Source: Leptolyngbya sp. (GTDB taxonomy: Bacteria > Cyanobacteriota > Cyanobacteriia > Phormidesmidales > Phormidesmidaceae). Taken from it: a DNA stretch of 64,000 nucleotides. Location of the stretch: contig JBEITR010000001.1 in NCBI GenBank assembly GCA_040374765.1, forward strand, positions 25,422 to 89,421. Direction: 5' to 3'. Within the stretch, counting starts at the first letter, position 1, and each line of letters opens with the position of its first letter. This document shows positions 42,012 to 52,091 of the stretch, piece by piece. The position numbers were made by a program, and so were the translations under genes. The notes beneath the pieces were generated by a model. The model ran no database searches, was not told the origin of the DNA, and worked only from the letters and a program-made list of their open reading frames with translations.

Positions 42012-42196
42012 ACGGCTTTCCATAACTACAGCCCCCGAGGCTGGTGGATAGCCGTAGCCACGGTCAACGGAGCGGAGGCGAGCAGGAGTGCCCCCCTGGT
42101 ATTACCGTTTTCATAGGTCGTCACAGAAAATCTGTCAGTTACCAGCCATGCAATTAATCGGTTAACTCTGTCCTTAGCCTTCTGGGCAAAGCTATC
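42012..42196 (+). repeat. Family X copy R1 (longest form)
   Basis: 5' hairpin ACGGCT...AGCCGT; linker 42055-42082 is 24/28 identical to the reverse complement of 60104-60131; 42138-42173 is 26/36 identical to 30879-30914. Confidence 0.85.
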
Positions 42197-42230
42197 TATT
42201 TCCCAAGGTGCTTGCTAAGGATTTCAAATC

Positions 42231-42299
42231 CCCTGCATGGGAAGCCAGGACAGCTCTTAACCGATTGACTCTGTCCTAAGCAGACTGGCCAAGGCTACA
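42231..42299 (+). repeat. Family X copy R2 (tandem with R1)
   Basis: CCGATTGACTCTGTCCTAAGCAGACTGGCCAAGGCT, 103 nt downstream of the same segment in R1. Confidence 0.8.
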
Positions 42300-42303
42300 C
42301 AAA

Positions 42304-42342
42304 GAAATGACATGGCCTTTACTGCTAAAGCCATGTCATTTC
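42304..42342 (-). terminator. Intrinsic terminator of ndhCKJ
   Basis: 13-bp perfect stem GAAATGACATGGC/GCCATGTCATTTC followed by a U-rich tail on the minus strand. Confidence 0.75.
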
Positions 42343-42490
42343 CTAATCACCTCAACCAACTAATAAGAAACTTTTAAGCTGAGTTAGCTGAACTCAAAAA
42401 GATTCCTATGAATCTTAAGGCGCTAGCTGTTAGCCTGAACTCACTCACCACAACCGGCTGGGGTTAATCAAATTCAGTACAGATGGATCC

Positions 42491-43036
42491 TTAATAGGCA
42501 TCCTGTAACTCGTAAAAGTCAGGAGAGATATAGTCTTTACGCAAGGGCCAACCGATCCAATCTTCAGGCATTAACAAGCGCTTCAAATTGGGATGGCCTT
42601 CGTAGATAATCCCGTACATGTCGTAGCTTTCTCTTTCCTGCCAATCAGCCGCTTTCCAAATCCAATAGACTGAAGCCACCCGTGGATCTTGCCGGGGCAA
42701 GAAAACCTTGACCCGCACTTCCTCAGGGCGATCAGCATTATCGCTAACCTTAATCAGATGATAAAAGCTAACTAAAGATAGACCTGGCCCCTCATCATAG
42801 GCACCTTGGCACTGGAGATAATTAAACCCGTAGGCAAAGAGAGCGGTAGCGATGGGAATTAGAAACTGGGGGTCAACCCTAATGACCTCTATTCCTTGAT
42901 GATCGGGGGGGGCCAATTCGTGGGCGAAGCCATTATCGGTCAACCAAGTGGAAATGGCTCCAGCTTCCACCAGAGGGGCTGAAGTAGACTCTCCCTCGGC
43001 TTGGAGAGAAACCTCCTTAGATTCATCTGCAGCCAT
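42491..43036 (-). CDS. ndhJ: NDH-1 subunit J
   Basis: [14 protein letters not shown] and [10 protein letters not shown] motifs. Confidence 0.97.
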   Translation of the reverse strand: MAADESKEVSLQAEGESTSAPLVEAGAISTWLTDNGFAHELAPPDHQGIEVIRVDPQFLIPIATALFAYGFNYLQCQGAYDEGPGLSLVSFYHLIKVSDNADRPEEVRVKVFLPRQDPRVASVYWIWKAADWQERESYDMYGIIYEGHPNLKRLLMPEDWIGWPLRKDYISPDFYELQDAY

Positions 43037-43780
43037 TTAAACCATCTCCTCGGCAGGGGCTTTTTCCAGGGTTTCGGGCAAGGGCACCCCCATGGCCTCC
43101 ATCAATTCGCGGGGAGGGGTGCTATGGCCGCCAGTTTGCAGGTACTGCCCTGTCAAAATCGGCGGCACAGGCTTGAGGGCGTGAGTACGCTCATAAAAAC
43201 GATGGGTCTGCATAGTATAGGCCCGATCCTGCATCGATTCTGTGGCTACCTTTTTACGTAATTTAACGATGGCATCAATAATAGCCTCAGGCCGGGGTGG
43301 GCAACCAGGAATATAAACATCGACAGGGATAAGCTTATCCACCCCGCGCACAGCAGAGGGGGAATCACTACTAAACATACCCCCAGTAATGGTACAAGCT
43401 CCCATAGCAATCACATACTTCGGATCGGGCATCTGTTCGTAGAGACGCACCAAAGCAGGAGCCATCTTCATAGTGACGGTTCCGGCGGTGATCAGGAGAT
43501 CGGCTTGGCGAGGACTGGCCCGGGGAAGGAGTCCAAAGCGGTCAAAGTCGAAGCGGGAACCAATTAGGGCGGCAAATTCAATAAAACAACAGGCTGTTCC
43601 GTACAGCAGAGGAAACAGGCTGGAAAGCCGACACCAGTTATAGAGATCATCCACGGTGGTGAGAATGACATTCTCCGAAAGATCGTGGGTCACAGTGGGG
43701 TGAGCCGCCGGATTCATGAGTGCCTCATTATCTGCCAGCAAACCACTACTATTTGCGGCTGAGGTTGGATTTAGGACCAT
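43037..43780 (-). CDS. ndhK: NDH-1 subunit K
   Basis: [17 protein letters not shown] and [10 protein letters not shown] motifs. Confidence 0.97.
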   Translation of the reverse strand: MVLNPTSAANSSGLLADNEALMNPAAHPTVTHDLSENVILTTVDDLYNWCRLSSLFPLLYGTACCFIEFAALIGSRFDFDRFGLLPRASPRQADLLITAGTVTMKMAPALVRLYEQMPDPKYVIAMGACTITGGMFSSDSPSAVRGVDKLIPVDVYIPGCPPRPEAIIDAIVKLRKKVATESMQDRAYTMQTHRFYERTHALKPVPPILTGQYLQTGGHSTPPRELMEAMGVPLPETLEKAPAEEMV

Positions 43781-44133
43781 TCCAGAGCTCCCTTACGCCA
43801 AGCGTATACAAGACCAATCACCAAGATGCCAATGAAAATTAACGCCTCGACAAAGGCTAGCAAGCCCAATTGATTAAAGGCGACTGCCCAGGGATAGAGA
43901 AATACGGTTTCTACGTCAAAAATGACGAAAACAAGGGCAAACATATAGTAACGAATGTTGAACTGAATCCAGGCGCCGCCGATGGGCTCCATACCGGATT
44001 CGTAGGTAGTTCTGCGGGCGGGGCCGCGCCCCACCGGTCGTAACAACCGGGATGCGCCTAGGGCCGCCACGGGCACTAGACAGGAGATCATCAAAAATAG
44101 AAGAAAATATTCGTAGCCGGAGAGAACAAACAC
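43771..44133 (-). CDS. ndhC: NDH-1 subunit 3
   Basis: [20 protein letters not shown] and KGALEWS motifs. Confidence 0.97.
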   Translation of the reverse strand: MFVLSGYEYFLLFLMISCLVPVAALGASRLLRPVGRGPARRTTYESGMEPIGGAWIQFNIRYYMFALVFVIFDVETVFLYPWAVAFNQLGLLAFVEALIFIGILVIGLVYAWRKGALEWS

Positions 44134-44186
44134 AGCTTAACCACCACAGATAATAAGGCTGAATCAACCAGGCAATCCTAAGGTAC

Positions 44187-44344
44187 AAACTTGACCACAA
44201 CCCTAAAGAGAGAGCCGACAGACAGTACGAAAGCCTCGTAACTGACCAGCTAGTCTCGGATTACGAGCCATTGATAAGATGAAGCCTGGATAGGCATTCT
44301 GGCTAACCTCCGTCCCGTTACCCGGAACTACGGCTTTAAAGGCC
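44187..44344 (-). repeat. Family X copy N (long form)
   Basis: First 50 nt are 37/50 identical, ungapped, to the copy at 60036-60145. Apical stem CTCGTAA/TTACGAG and AGGGTTGTGGTCAA 3' arm. Confidence 0.88.
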
Positions 44345-44608
44345 AGTTTAGGGCATCTGCTTAACCCTAAATGTAATTTTAGGCCACATTCAGAAGAAAG
44401 TCAGGAAGAAATTCATTGGAGAGACTGATGCAATCCATAGGTTTCCTGCAGGCATTGATCAGGAATCGACGATCGGTCCTAGACCCAACCATGTCATAAT
44501 TATTTACAACTAGTGACAATCTCAGAAAACCTCCAGCCCTATGGGGCTGATCATGGTGGGTAGACTGAGTTGCTTTAGTGATTATTTGAATCTTACTTGT
44601 TTAAGGCT

Positions 44609-45019
44609 ATGAGTTCTGAACCTGATACTTCCGCCGAGCTTTCATCATTACCTGTTGAGGTTGAGTCAGCAGTGGAGCAGACGGTTACTCCAGCCCCCCT
44701 TTCCCCAGAGGAAATGGATTGCTACGAATGCCTTGCCTGTGGTTATTCCTACGAACCAGTGAAGGGTGATAGTGTAGCTAAAATAGGTCCTGGTGTTTCC
44801 TTTGAAGAGTTACCAGTAAATTGGCGCTGCCCAGTCTGTAGTGCTCCCAAAAAGCGATTTTCCAACATTGGTCCAGTGGGGGCGCCTTCAGGGTTTAAAG
44901 ACAATTTAAACTATGGTTTGGGCGTTAACCGGCTCACCCCAGGGCAGAAAAATCTTTTGATTTTTGGAGCCTTGGCCCTGTTTTTCCTGTTCTTCCTGAG
45001 TCTCTATGGCTTACGGTAG
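44609..45019 (+). CDS. rubA: PSII-associated rubredoxin with C-terminal TM helix
   Basis: CLACGY...WRCPVC; lies upstream of ycf48. Confidence 0.94.
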   Translation: MSSEPDTSAELSSLPVEVESAVEQTVTPAPLSPEEMDCYECLACGYSYEPVKGDSVAKIGPGVSFEELPVNWRCPVCSAPKKRFSNIGPVGAPSGFKDNLNYGLGVNRLTPGQKNLLIFGALALFFLFFLSLYGLR

Positions 45020-45154
45020 GGCCTTGGTTCAGGCACCCAAGCTTTTCTGGCTCAACCTTAGCGTTATGGGGCCAGTTTGATCCCAGATAATCAAGCCCCT
45101 AACGCCTTCAATCTACTAAATGTTTAGTTATCAAACTTACCCTCTGGATGTCCT

Positions 45155-46159
45155 ATGCACGCTGCGTTGAACTGGTTAAGACGGATGATGATTGTCCTGG
45201 TTGCCCTAGGTTTGGGAACTGGCTGTTCAAACTATTTTTTACCAGATGCGACGGTACATCCATGGCGAGCTGTGCAACTGCCAACGGAGGCGACTCTCTC
45301 AGATATTGCCTTTACGGGTGATCCTAACCACGGATGGATCGCGGGTAATCGCAATACCCTTTTAGAAACCCAAGATGGGGGGGATTCGTGGACCGTTCAT
45401 CCCCTAAACCTGGGGGAACAGTCCCATACCTTTACCTCTATTGACTTTGTCGGTGATGAGGGCTGGGTCACGGGTATCCCCTCAATTCTTTTACATACGG
45501 CCAATGGTGGAAAAACCTGGGAAAATGTTCCCCTCAGTAATGAGTTGCCCGGTACACCCTTTTTAGTCACTGCCCTGGCATCAAAGACGGCAGAAATGGC
45601 CACAGATATCGGTGCCATTTATCGGACTGAAGATGGGGGCCGTACCTGGAAAGCCATGGTTCAAGCTGCGGTAGGTGTGGTTCGGAATATGACCCGGTCC
45701 AGTGATGGTCGCTACGTAGCCGTATCCTCTCGGGGTAACTTTTACTCCACCTGGGCACCGGGGCAGGATGAATGGATTCCCCACAACCGTCAAAATTCCC
45801 GTCGTCTCCAGAATATGGGCTTTGATAAGGCTGGTAAACTCTGGGCGATCGCTCGGGGTGGTCAAGTCAGGTTTTCTAACTCCCGCGCCGCCGACGATTT
45901 TGCCGCCGCCTTAAGTCCTGAATTTGGTACCAGCTGGGGTTTACTGGATATAGCCTTCCGCACCGATGATGAAGTTTGGATCACTGGTGGCGGTGGAAAT
46001 TTGCTGTGCAGCTTTGACGGCGGCCAAACCTGGTTGAAGGACAAGGCTGTGAATGACGTCCCTTCCAACTTTTACCGGATTGTCTTTGCGGGACCTGATC
46101 GGGGCTTTATTTTGGGGCAACGGGGAACTATTCTAAAGTATGACCCGACAACGGTTTAA
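45155..46159 (+). CDS. ycf48: PSII assembly factor Ycf48/HCF136
   Basis: Lipoprotein-like signal (GTGCS), repeated TxDGGxTW motifs and VSSRGNFY. Confidence 0.95.
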   Translation: MHAALNWLRRMMIVLVALGLGTGCSNYFLPDATVHPWRAVQLPTEATLSDIAFTGDPNHGWIAGNRNTLLETQDGGDSWTVHPLNLGEQSHTFTSIDFVGDEGWVTGIPSILLHTANGGKTWENVPLSNELPGTPFLVTALASKTAEMATDIGAIYRTEDGGRTWKAMVQAAVGVVRNMTRSSDGRYVAVSSRGNFYSTWAPGQDEWIPHNRQNSRRLQNMGFDKAGKLWAIARGGQVRFSNSRAADDFAAALSPEFGTSWGLLDIAFRTDDEVWITGGGGNLLCSFDGGQTWLKDKAVNDVPSNFYRIVFAGPDRGFILGQRGTILKYDPTTV

Positions 46160-46254
46160 ACCCGGGTGCCAAATTGGTCATCAGAAACCTTGTTAGGGTT
46201 TACAGCATTCTCTATGATTAAATTAGATTCTTTGCTTTAGAGAGGAAAGTTGAC

Positions 46255-46503
46255 ATGGCAGGTACTACTGGAGAGCGCCCCTTCGGCGATATTGTGACCA
46301 GTATTCGCTACTGGATTATCCACAGCATTACCATTCCGATGCTGTTTATTGCAGGTTGGTTGTTTGTTAGCACGGGTCTGGCCTACGATGCCTTTGGTAC
46401 CCCCCGCCCCAATGACTATTATCCAGATAACCAAATGCAGTTGCCAATTCTTAGCGATCGCTTTGAAGCTAAGCAGCAAATTGATACCTTTTCAGGCCAG
46501 TAG
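46255..46503 (+). CDS. psbE: Cytochrome b559 alpha subunit
   Basis: [23 protein letters not shown]. Confidence 0.98.
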   Translation: MAGTTGERPFGDIVTSIRYWIIHSITIPMLFIAGWLFVSTGLAYDAFGTPRPNDYYPDNQMQLPILSDRFEAKQQIDTFSGQ

Positions 46504-46547
46504 TTAAGGCCCCTAGACTCTTAATTTTTGTTTTTTTTCTGAGAGCC

Positions 46548-46682
46548 ATGCAAAGTAATTCTCCCAACCAACAAATTACCTATCCCATCTTTACAGTCCG
46601 ATGGTTAGCCGTTCACACCCTGGGGGTTCCCAGCGTCTTTTTCCTGGGCGCGATCGCCGCCATGCAGTTTATTCAACGGTAA
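46548..46682 (+). CDS. psbF: Cytochrome b559 beta subunit (44 aa; not in the ORF track)
   Basis: [44 protein letters not shown]. Confidence 0.97.
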   Translation: MQSNSPNQQITYPIFTVRWLAVHTLGVPSVFFLGAIAAMQFIQR

Positions 46683-46691
46683 TTTTTTCCC

Positions 46692-46811
46692 ATGGAACGT
46701 ACTCCCAATCCCAATAAGCAGCCTGTTGAATTAAACCGTACTTCCCTGTATCTGGGACTGTTGTTGGTATTTGTTCTAGGTCTGCTGTTTTCCAGCTACT
46801 TTTTCAATTAG
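46692..46811 (+). CDS. psbL: PSII protein L (39 aa; not in the ORF track)
   Basis: [39 protein letters not shown]. Confidence 0.97.
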   Translation: MERTPNPNKQPVELNRTSLYLGLLLVFVLGLLFSSYFFN

Positions 46812-46985
46812 GTTACGGCAAGTCCGTTTTAGACCTAGGTTTTATACCAAATTGGCCGATTCAATGAGGCCAAATCGGTGGAATCTTAGTACTGTGACTG
46901 ACTCAGCTTTATTAGGGGTAAGTGTACTACCCCATCCCCTTTGAAAAAATCAATTAATCAACCAGGCTAGTTAGGAGATCAAAAA

Positions 46986-47105
46986 ATGCTTCAGAGTGGG
47001 CGAATTCCCCTGTGGATTGTGGCAACCGTAGCCGGTACGGGGGTTTTAGTTGTGGTCGGCTTATTTTTCTATGGAGCCTACGCCGGCGTAGGTTCCTCGA
47101 TGTAA
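46986..47105 (+). CDS. psbJ: PSII protein J (39 aa; not in the ORF track)
   Basis: [39 protein letters not shown]. Confidence 0.97.
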   Translation: MLQSGRIPLWIVATVAGTGVLVVVGLFFYGAYAGVGSSM

Positions 47106-47142
47106 GTCAGCTCCACAGTAGAAATTAGTAACCTAGCCTGGG

Positions 47143-47172
47143 GGTCAGAGGTTAATTGCTCTGGCCCAGGCT
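47143..47172 (+). repeat. Hairpin after psbJ, possibly a minimal family X copy (W)
   Basis: GGTCAGAG/CTCTGGCC stem followed by CAGGCT. Confidence 0.4.
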
Positions 47173-47196
47173 TTAGGTTAAGAGGGTATTTAGGTA

Positions 47197-48123
47197 TTGG
47201 AGTTGTATAGTCCTAGTCTTCCTGAGGTTCAGGTTCATACATGGTTCTGGCAGGACTTGCCAATTCGCTATCAGCGATCGGGAAACAGGGGCAGCAATCT
47301 CGTGCTGATTCACGGCTTCGGGGCTAGTAGCGACCACTGGCGCCACAACCTACCGGTGCTAGCCCAGTATCATCAAGTCTTTGCCATTGATCTGTTAGGC
47401 TTTGGCTTTTCCGCCAAGCCGACCCCTGGCCCCCAGCGTACCTCTGACCAGGTGCCCTATACCTTTGCCACCTGGGGTGAGCAGTTGGTGACCTTCTGTA
47501 GGGAAGTGGTGGGTGGACCAGCCTTTTTAGTGGGAAACTCCATTGGTTGTGTGGTCGCCTTACAAACAGCCGTCCTCGATCCCCCATTAGTTCAGGGATT
47601 GGCTCTGCTGAATTGTTCCCTGCGTCAGTTCCACGAGCGCAAGCAGCCGGGTCTGGCCTGGCATGAACGCATAGCTGTGCCCTGGATACAGGGTTTACTC
47701 GGCAATCCGATCGTGAGTCGACTTTTCTTCTCTGCCATTGCTCGACCAGGTACGCTGAGGACCATTCTCAAACAGGCCTATGTCAATCCCGACGCCGTTA
47801 CCGATGACTTAGTTAACCTACTGCTGGCCCCTGCGCGGGAACCGGGTGCGGCAGAGGTATTTACCGCCTTTCTATGTTATTCCCAGGGACCGCTGGCCGA
47901 GGATCTCCTACCCCAGATACAGGTTCCCGTGCTGATTGCCTGGGGTGAGGCCGATCCCTGGGAACCGATTGCTCTAGGACGGGAACTGGCTAACTTTCCC
48001 GTAGTAGAGGAATTTGTCACCCTGCCAGGAGTGGGACATTGCCCCCAAGACGAAGTCCCCCAACAGGTTAACCCACTGTTGTTAAGGTGGCTGGAACGCC
48101 ATGGAGAGAGGGCGATCCCTTAG
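47197..48123 (+). CDS. Alpha/beta fold hydrolase
   Basis: LIHGFGAS, GNSIG nucleophile elbow and GHCPQDE. Confidence 0.9.
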   Translation: MELYSPSLPEVQVHTWFWQDLPIRYQRSGNRGSNLVLIHGFGASSDHWRHNLPVLAQYHQVFAIDLLGFGFSAKPTPGPQRTSDQVPYTFATWGEQLVTFCREVVGGPAFLVGNSIGCVVALQTAVLDPPLVQGLALLNCSLRQFHERKQPGLAWHERIAVPWIQGLLGNPIVSRLFFSAIARPGTLRTILKQAYVNPDAVTDDLVNLLLAPAREPGAAEVFTAFLCYSQGPLAEDLLPQIQVPVLIAWGEADPWEPIALGRELANFPVVEEFVTLPGVGHCPQDEVPQQVNPLLLRWLERHGERAIP

Positions 48124-48235
48124 AGTCCTTGACCCTTTCTATGATTTTGGCCAGAGTTGAGGCACTTGACTGAGCTACCCTTTCAAGGCATGGTAGAACA
48201 ACTTGCTTCTTCAATCAAAAGGCCTACCACTGCCT

Positions 48236-49108
48236 ATGCCTTGGTCTCGGATTATTAGCGGCATAGTCGCTATTGGGATGGCCTTGGCCATGATTATCTT
48301 GGGGGGTTGGTACTTTACCCTGGCTTTTGGGGTGATTGTATTATTGGGTCAATTAGAGATTTTTCGATTAGTGCAGGCGAAGGGAATTCTGCCCGCTACC
48401 AAAACCACCCTGGTGGTCAGTCAACTAGTCCTGATTACTGCCCATCTAGCCCCGCCCGTGGCCGATGCCCTATTACCCCTGGCGGGCACCTTTATTTGCT
48501 TTTACCTGCTATTTCAACCCCAGGTAGCCACCATTGCCGATGTAGCTGCTTCGATTTTGGGTCTTTTCTACGGCGGCTATCTACCCAGCTTTTGGATTCG
48601 CCTACGGGATCTGGATCAATCCCATCTGGTCAATCTTCCTTTGGGGGGCTACTGGCCAGAAAGTTGGCCCCTGGACTGGCATAATTTGCCCAGAGGCCTG
48701 ACCCTGACCCTATTAGCCTTTGCCTGCATCTGGGCCGCCGATATTGGAGCCTATACCGCAGGCAAGGTGATTGGTCGCACACCCCTATCTAACATCAGCC
48801 CCAAGAAGACAGTGGAGGGAGCCGTATTTGGCATGGTGGCCAGTACGATTGTGGCGGTAGTGGGTAGCTACGGCTTGAGGTGGCCCATGGCACCCCTATC
48901 GGGCATTGCTCTCGGGGTCATGGTAGGTACCTCTAGCTTGCTGGGAGATTTGACCGAGTCCCTGATGAAACGGGATGCCGGTGTCAAGGACTCAGGGGAT
49001 CTCATACCCGGCCATGGAGGCATTCTAGACCGCACCGATAGTTACGTATTTACAGGGGCCCTGGTGTTTTACTTTGTCACCTTACTATTGCCCCTGGTGA
49101 AGTCCTAG
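48236..49108 (+). CDS. cdsA: Phosphatidate cytidylyltransferase
   Basis: ISPKKTVEG and KRDAGVKDSGDLIPGHGGILDRTDS motifs. Confidence 0.96.
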   Translation: MPWSRIISGIVAIGMALAMIILGGWYFTLAFGVIVLLGQLEIFRLVQAKGILPATKTTLVVSQLVLITAHLAPPVADALLPLAGTFICFYLLFQPQVATIADVAASILGLFYGGYLPSFWIRLRDLDQSHLVNLPLGGYWPESWPLDWHNLPRGLTLTLLAFACIWAADIGAYTAGKVIGRTPLSNISPKKTVEGAVFGMVASTIVAVVGSYGLRWPMAPLSGIALGVMVGTSSLLGDLTESLMKRDAGVKDSGDLIPGHGGILDRTDSYVFTGALVFYFVTLLLPLVKS

Positions 49109-49464
49109 GTGGTTGGAGTAGCGTCTTCAACTGATGCTATTAGGGCCTCTAACTTCTCTGCCAAATCATCCTTAGATGCCACTCCTTCAATGGTTTCCCG
49201 CCGCTCTCCCTGGGTAAAGAAAATTAAGGTAGGGATAGCGTTGACATGGTATTTCAGGGCCAGATCGTTCTGCTCATCAACATTGAGTTTGGCAATCTTT
49301 GCCCTACCTTCAAAGGCCGCCGCCAGATCATCAATAATCGGATTCATAATTCGACAGGGACCACACCAGGCCGCCCAAAAATCTACCAAAACGGGCACCT
49401 GGCTGGCTAAAACTTCGCTAGCAAAGTTGGCAGCGGTGAGGGTCAAGTACTTTTCGTCTGCCAT
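49105..49464 (-). CDS. trxA: Thioredoxin
   Basis: VDFWAAWCGPC and IPTL motifs; ATG at 49464. Confidence 0.92.
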   Translation of the reverse strand: MADEKYLTLTAANFASEVLASQVPVLVDFWAAWCGPCRIMNPIIDDLAAAFEGRAKIAKLNVDEQNDLALKYHVNAIPTLIFFTQGERRETIEGVASKDDLAEKLEALIASVEDATPTT

Positions 49465-49589
49465 AGGTCTAGGTCTCCTCACTGAACGTGGTTTGGGAAC
49501 AGGATTTTATGCTCTACAGTACTCTACCCTATTCATCTGGAGAGGCAAGGATAGTTTAATCCCAAATCCATAAACAATTCCTATAGCAA

Positions 49590-50246
49590 TCACCAGCCAT
49601 CCCTAGGGGAAACGGAGGCTGCCCTGGCGAGCTGGCGCAGATGGCGGCGATGCAAAATCTCTAGCTTGCCAGCGGCCTCTTGGAGAAAGGCGCGCTGGCG
49701 GCGGTAGAGGCCCTGAAACAAATTGGCAAAGAGGAGGGCCGCGATCGCCACCACCAATCCCGCCGCAGTGGAGGTCAGGGCCTCCCCCACTCCCAGGGTC
49801 ACCCCCGTACTGGAAGCCAGACCTCCCTCCCCAATCCGGATGGAGGAGAGCACCTGCATCAATCCCAGCACAGTGCCCAGTAACCCGAGCAGGGGAGCTA
49901 CTCCCACTACGGTTTCAAACAGGGTGTGGAACCGTTTCAGTAAAGGCAGTTCGGCCTGGGCAGCACTTTCCAGAGCCAGGGTGAACTCCTCTGGGGTAGC
50001 CTCACCAAGGCTAAGGGCCGCCAGGAAGATACGGGCCAGCGGCAGGTGGGGATACTGCTTCAGCTTCGGGATGGCCCATTCCGGGTGCTGCTGATAGGTC
50101 GTGAGGATATCGCCCACCAGGCTACGCTGCTGACGGCTGAGACGGAGCCAAAACCAACTGCGTTCGATCACCAGGGCCAGGGTGACCAGGGAAAATATGA
50201 GTAGGGGCCACATGACAACTCCCCCAGCGGTAAACCAATTACCCAT
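49590..50246 (-). CDS. exbB: MotA/TolQ/ExbB proton channel family protein
   Basis: GGVVMWPL, APLLGLLGTVLG and EALTSTAAGL motifs. Confidence 0.88.
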   Translation of the reverse strand: MGNWFTAGGVVMWPLLIFSLVTLALVIERSWFWLRLSRQQRSLVGDILTTYQQHPEWAIPKLKQYPHLPLARIFLAALSLGEATPEEFTLALESAAQAELPLLKRFHTLFETVVGVAPLLGLLGTVLGLMQVLSSIRIGEGGLASSTGVTLGVGEALTSTAAGLVVAIAALLFANLFQGLYRRQRAFLQEAAGKLEILHRRHLRQLARAASVSPRDGW

Positions 50247-50311
50247 CGATCAATAGTCTCTACCGGATTGCTGTTCCATCATAGGTCAGGCAAGCACAAA
50301 TCATTTACATA

Positions 50312-50377
50312 TCCAGTCAGGCTGCAGCTCTCAGCCTATAGCCTATGGCACTGCCATCTTGTCCTAACCGGACTGGT
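50312..50377 (+). repeat. Family X copy X
   Basis: Closing stem CCAGTCAGG/CCGGACTGG (8 of 9 pairs). TGTCCTAACCGGACTGG closely matches copy R2. Confidence 0.55.
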
Positions 50378-50425
50378 GACTGCCATACACCCCCGGTTAA
50401 CCCCGTTGAGTTTGCTATAGTTACT

Positions 50426-50457
50426 ATTTAGAAATATTGCAATATCATTTAGAAATA
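50426..50457. promoter_or_regulatory. AT-rich operator-like site (Fur-like) between exbB and the PHP gene
   Basis: Perfect palindrome ATATTGCAATAT (50434-50445) flanked by two ATTTAGAAATA direct repeats 21 bp apart. Confidence 0.5.
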
Positions 50458-50673
50458 GGTTGATCAACTCCAGGATAGATTGAAAGGGCTATTGAAATAC
50501 TTCGAAGTTCCTAGAAGTACAAAAGGTCTGATTGGGAACCTGAAATTTGTACCGATTTAGTCCAAATCCTGAATATTTGGTAGAACTGATTGCACTGATT
50601 ACCATTGAGCTATGCCAAGATAGCTTTTATTCAGTAACCTCTCCCTCAATCAAACCCCTCAACTGTGGCTGCT

Positions 50674-51408
50674 ATGGCAGATTCTCTATCACTGACTCAA
50701 CGAAAGATAACGGGCGAAGCTCAGGCATTGAGTCAGATTCTTAAATCTGTCGATTGGAACAGTTGCCCAAGCATCTACAACTTTCATATGCATACGATCT
50801 GCTCTGATGGAAAACTAACCCCATCAGCCTTAATGGAGCAGGTGATTGATATCGGGTTAGAAGCCTTTGCCATTACCGATCACCACACCTTAGAGGGATT
50901 TTACCAGGCGAAGACCTGGTTGGAGGATTGGCGCTGGTGTCATCCTACTCCCCTACGGCGATCGGCAAATGATCGACAATCGGGAAGAGGAGTTCCCCGA
51001 CTATTCACAGGTATAGAAATTACAGCAATTTTAGAAAACCTGGAGATTCATATCTTAGGTTACGGGTTTTATCCCAACCATGCCGCCATGGTTCCCTACT
51101 TACAGGGCTACGGAGCTAGGGATGATCTACACCAGGCAGAGGTAGTAATTGAGGCAATTCAAAAAGCAGGAGGGCTGGCGGTGCTGGCCCATCCGGCCCG
51201 TTATCGGCTTGAGCTAGAAACGATGGTTGCCCAAGCCGCTGCTTCTGGTATCGATGGGATTGAAGCCTATTACGCCTATAGTAATCCCAGCTGCTGGCGA
51301 CCCTGTGCCAGCTCTACGCCTGTAGCAATTGACCTGGCTCATCAGTATAATCTTTTGACTACCTGTGGTACTGATACCCATGGGCAAAGTTTATTGAGAC
51401 GCCTTTAA
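50674..51408 (+). CDS. PHP-domain metal-dependent phosphoesterase
   Basis: HMHTICSDG, ITDHH, LAHPARY and GTDTHG motifs. Confidence 0.88.
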   Translation: MADSLSLTQRKITGEAQALSQILKSVDWNSCPSIYNFHMHTICSDGKLTPSALMEQVIDIGLEAFAITDHHTLEGFYQAKTWLEDWRWCHPTPLRRSANDRQSGRGVPRLFTGIEITAILENLEIHILGYGFYPNHAAMVPYLQGYGARDDLHQAEVVIEAIQKAGGLAVLAHPARYRLELETMVAQAAASGIDGIEAYYAYSNPSCWRPCASSTPVAIDLAHQYNLLTTCGTDTHGQSLLRRL

Positions 51409-51422
51409 CCTAGGAAACCTGA

Positions 51423-51824
51423 ATGATTCCTGCTGTTGATCCTGCCTTTGGCAGACTAAGGGAACTGCGTCCTTTACTCTTAAAGTCCCATCTAATTTTG
51501 ATGGAGGCTGAGAAGACTGACTACGAATTGATTTACTCACCCATTGCTACGAAGGGTGAGTATCTGCACTTGGTGCTACATCATGAGCACTTCAGCTGGC
51601 TGCGGCCAATCTCGCAACTAATCGTGCAAATTGATGAGGTACTGATGGCCAAACAACCCCAATCCAGCCAGCGAGCCACAGAACTGATCAGTGAAACTCG
51701 CTACCTGCTAAAAGCCACGGAAATTGGTGAAGTCTTTCAAGCCCGTAGTCAGCGATCGGCGGAGAGCAACCCCGAGATGGCAACCGTGATTATCAAGCTG
51801 ACAGAATTGCTAGAGGATGACTAA
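51423..51824 (+). CDS. Conserved hypothetical protein
   Basis: 133 aa, ATG start, FSWLRPISQLIVQIDE. Operon-like spacing after the PHP gene. Confidence 0.75.
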   Translation: MIPAVDPAFGRLRELRPLLLKSHLILMEAEKTDYELIYSPIATKGEYLHLVLHHEHFSWLRPISQLIVQIDEVLMAKQPQSSQRATELISETRYLLKATEIGEVFQARSQRSAESNPEMATVIIKLTELLEDD

Positions 51825-51984
51825 CCCGGTCATGCGGAGGCGAAATGTTTCTCTATAGACTCAAGCCTTGTTGTATAGGGATAGCCAGAATCCTTCGCTG
51901 CCAGGGATAGTTGAGGATTGGGACAAACGCCCTTTGATAAAAGAGCTATTTAAGGACATCCTTTCGGCCCCATGGCTCAGGGTT

Positions 51985-52070
51985 ACGGCGGGAAGGTGCG
52001 TCAGCACGCCTACCCAGTCTTCGCTTTTGCCGATAAACTCTGTACTAAACGTTCTGGCCAAAGCTCTATA
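51985..52070 (+). repeat. Family X copy A
   Basis: 59-nt stem-loop at 52000-52058 is 46/59 identical, ungapped, to the reverse complement of 60046-60104. Confidence 0.9.
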
Positions 52071-52091
52071 TCATCTCCCTACCCTGACACC

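Noticed and set aside
41915-42020. c-di-AMP (ydaO) or guanidine-I riboswitch for the channel gene
   Set aside because: Only short motif fragments match (e.g. GAACCCGTTAGCT), and they are on the strand opposite to the channel gene. Needs cmscan to close out.
41802-42023. 73-aa minus-strand ORF upstream of the channel gene
   Set aside because: It crosses structured repeat sequence, has no homology cues and has an atypical composition.
42138-42299. Direct repeats 103 nt apart as a CRISPR mini-array
   Set aside because: Only two imperfect units, both members of the dispersed family; no leader or cas genes.
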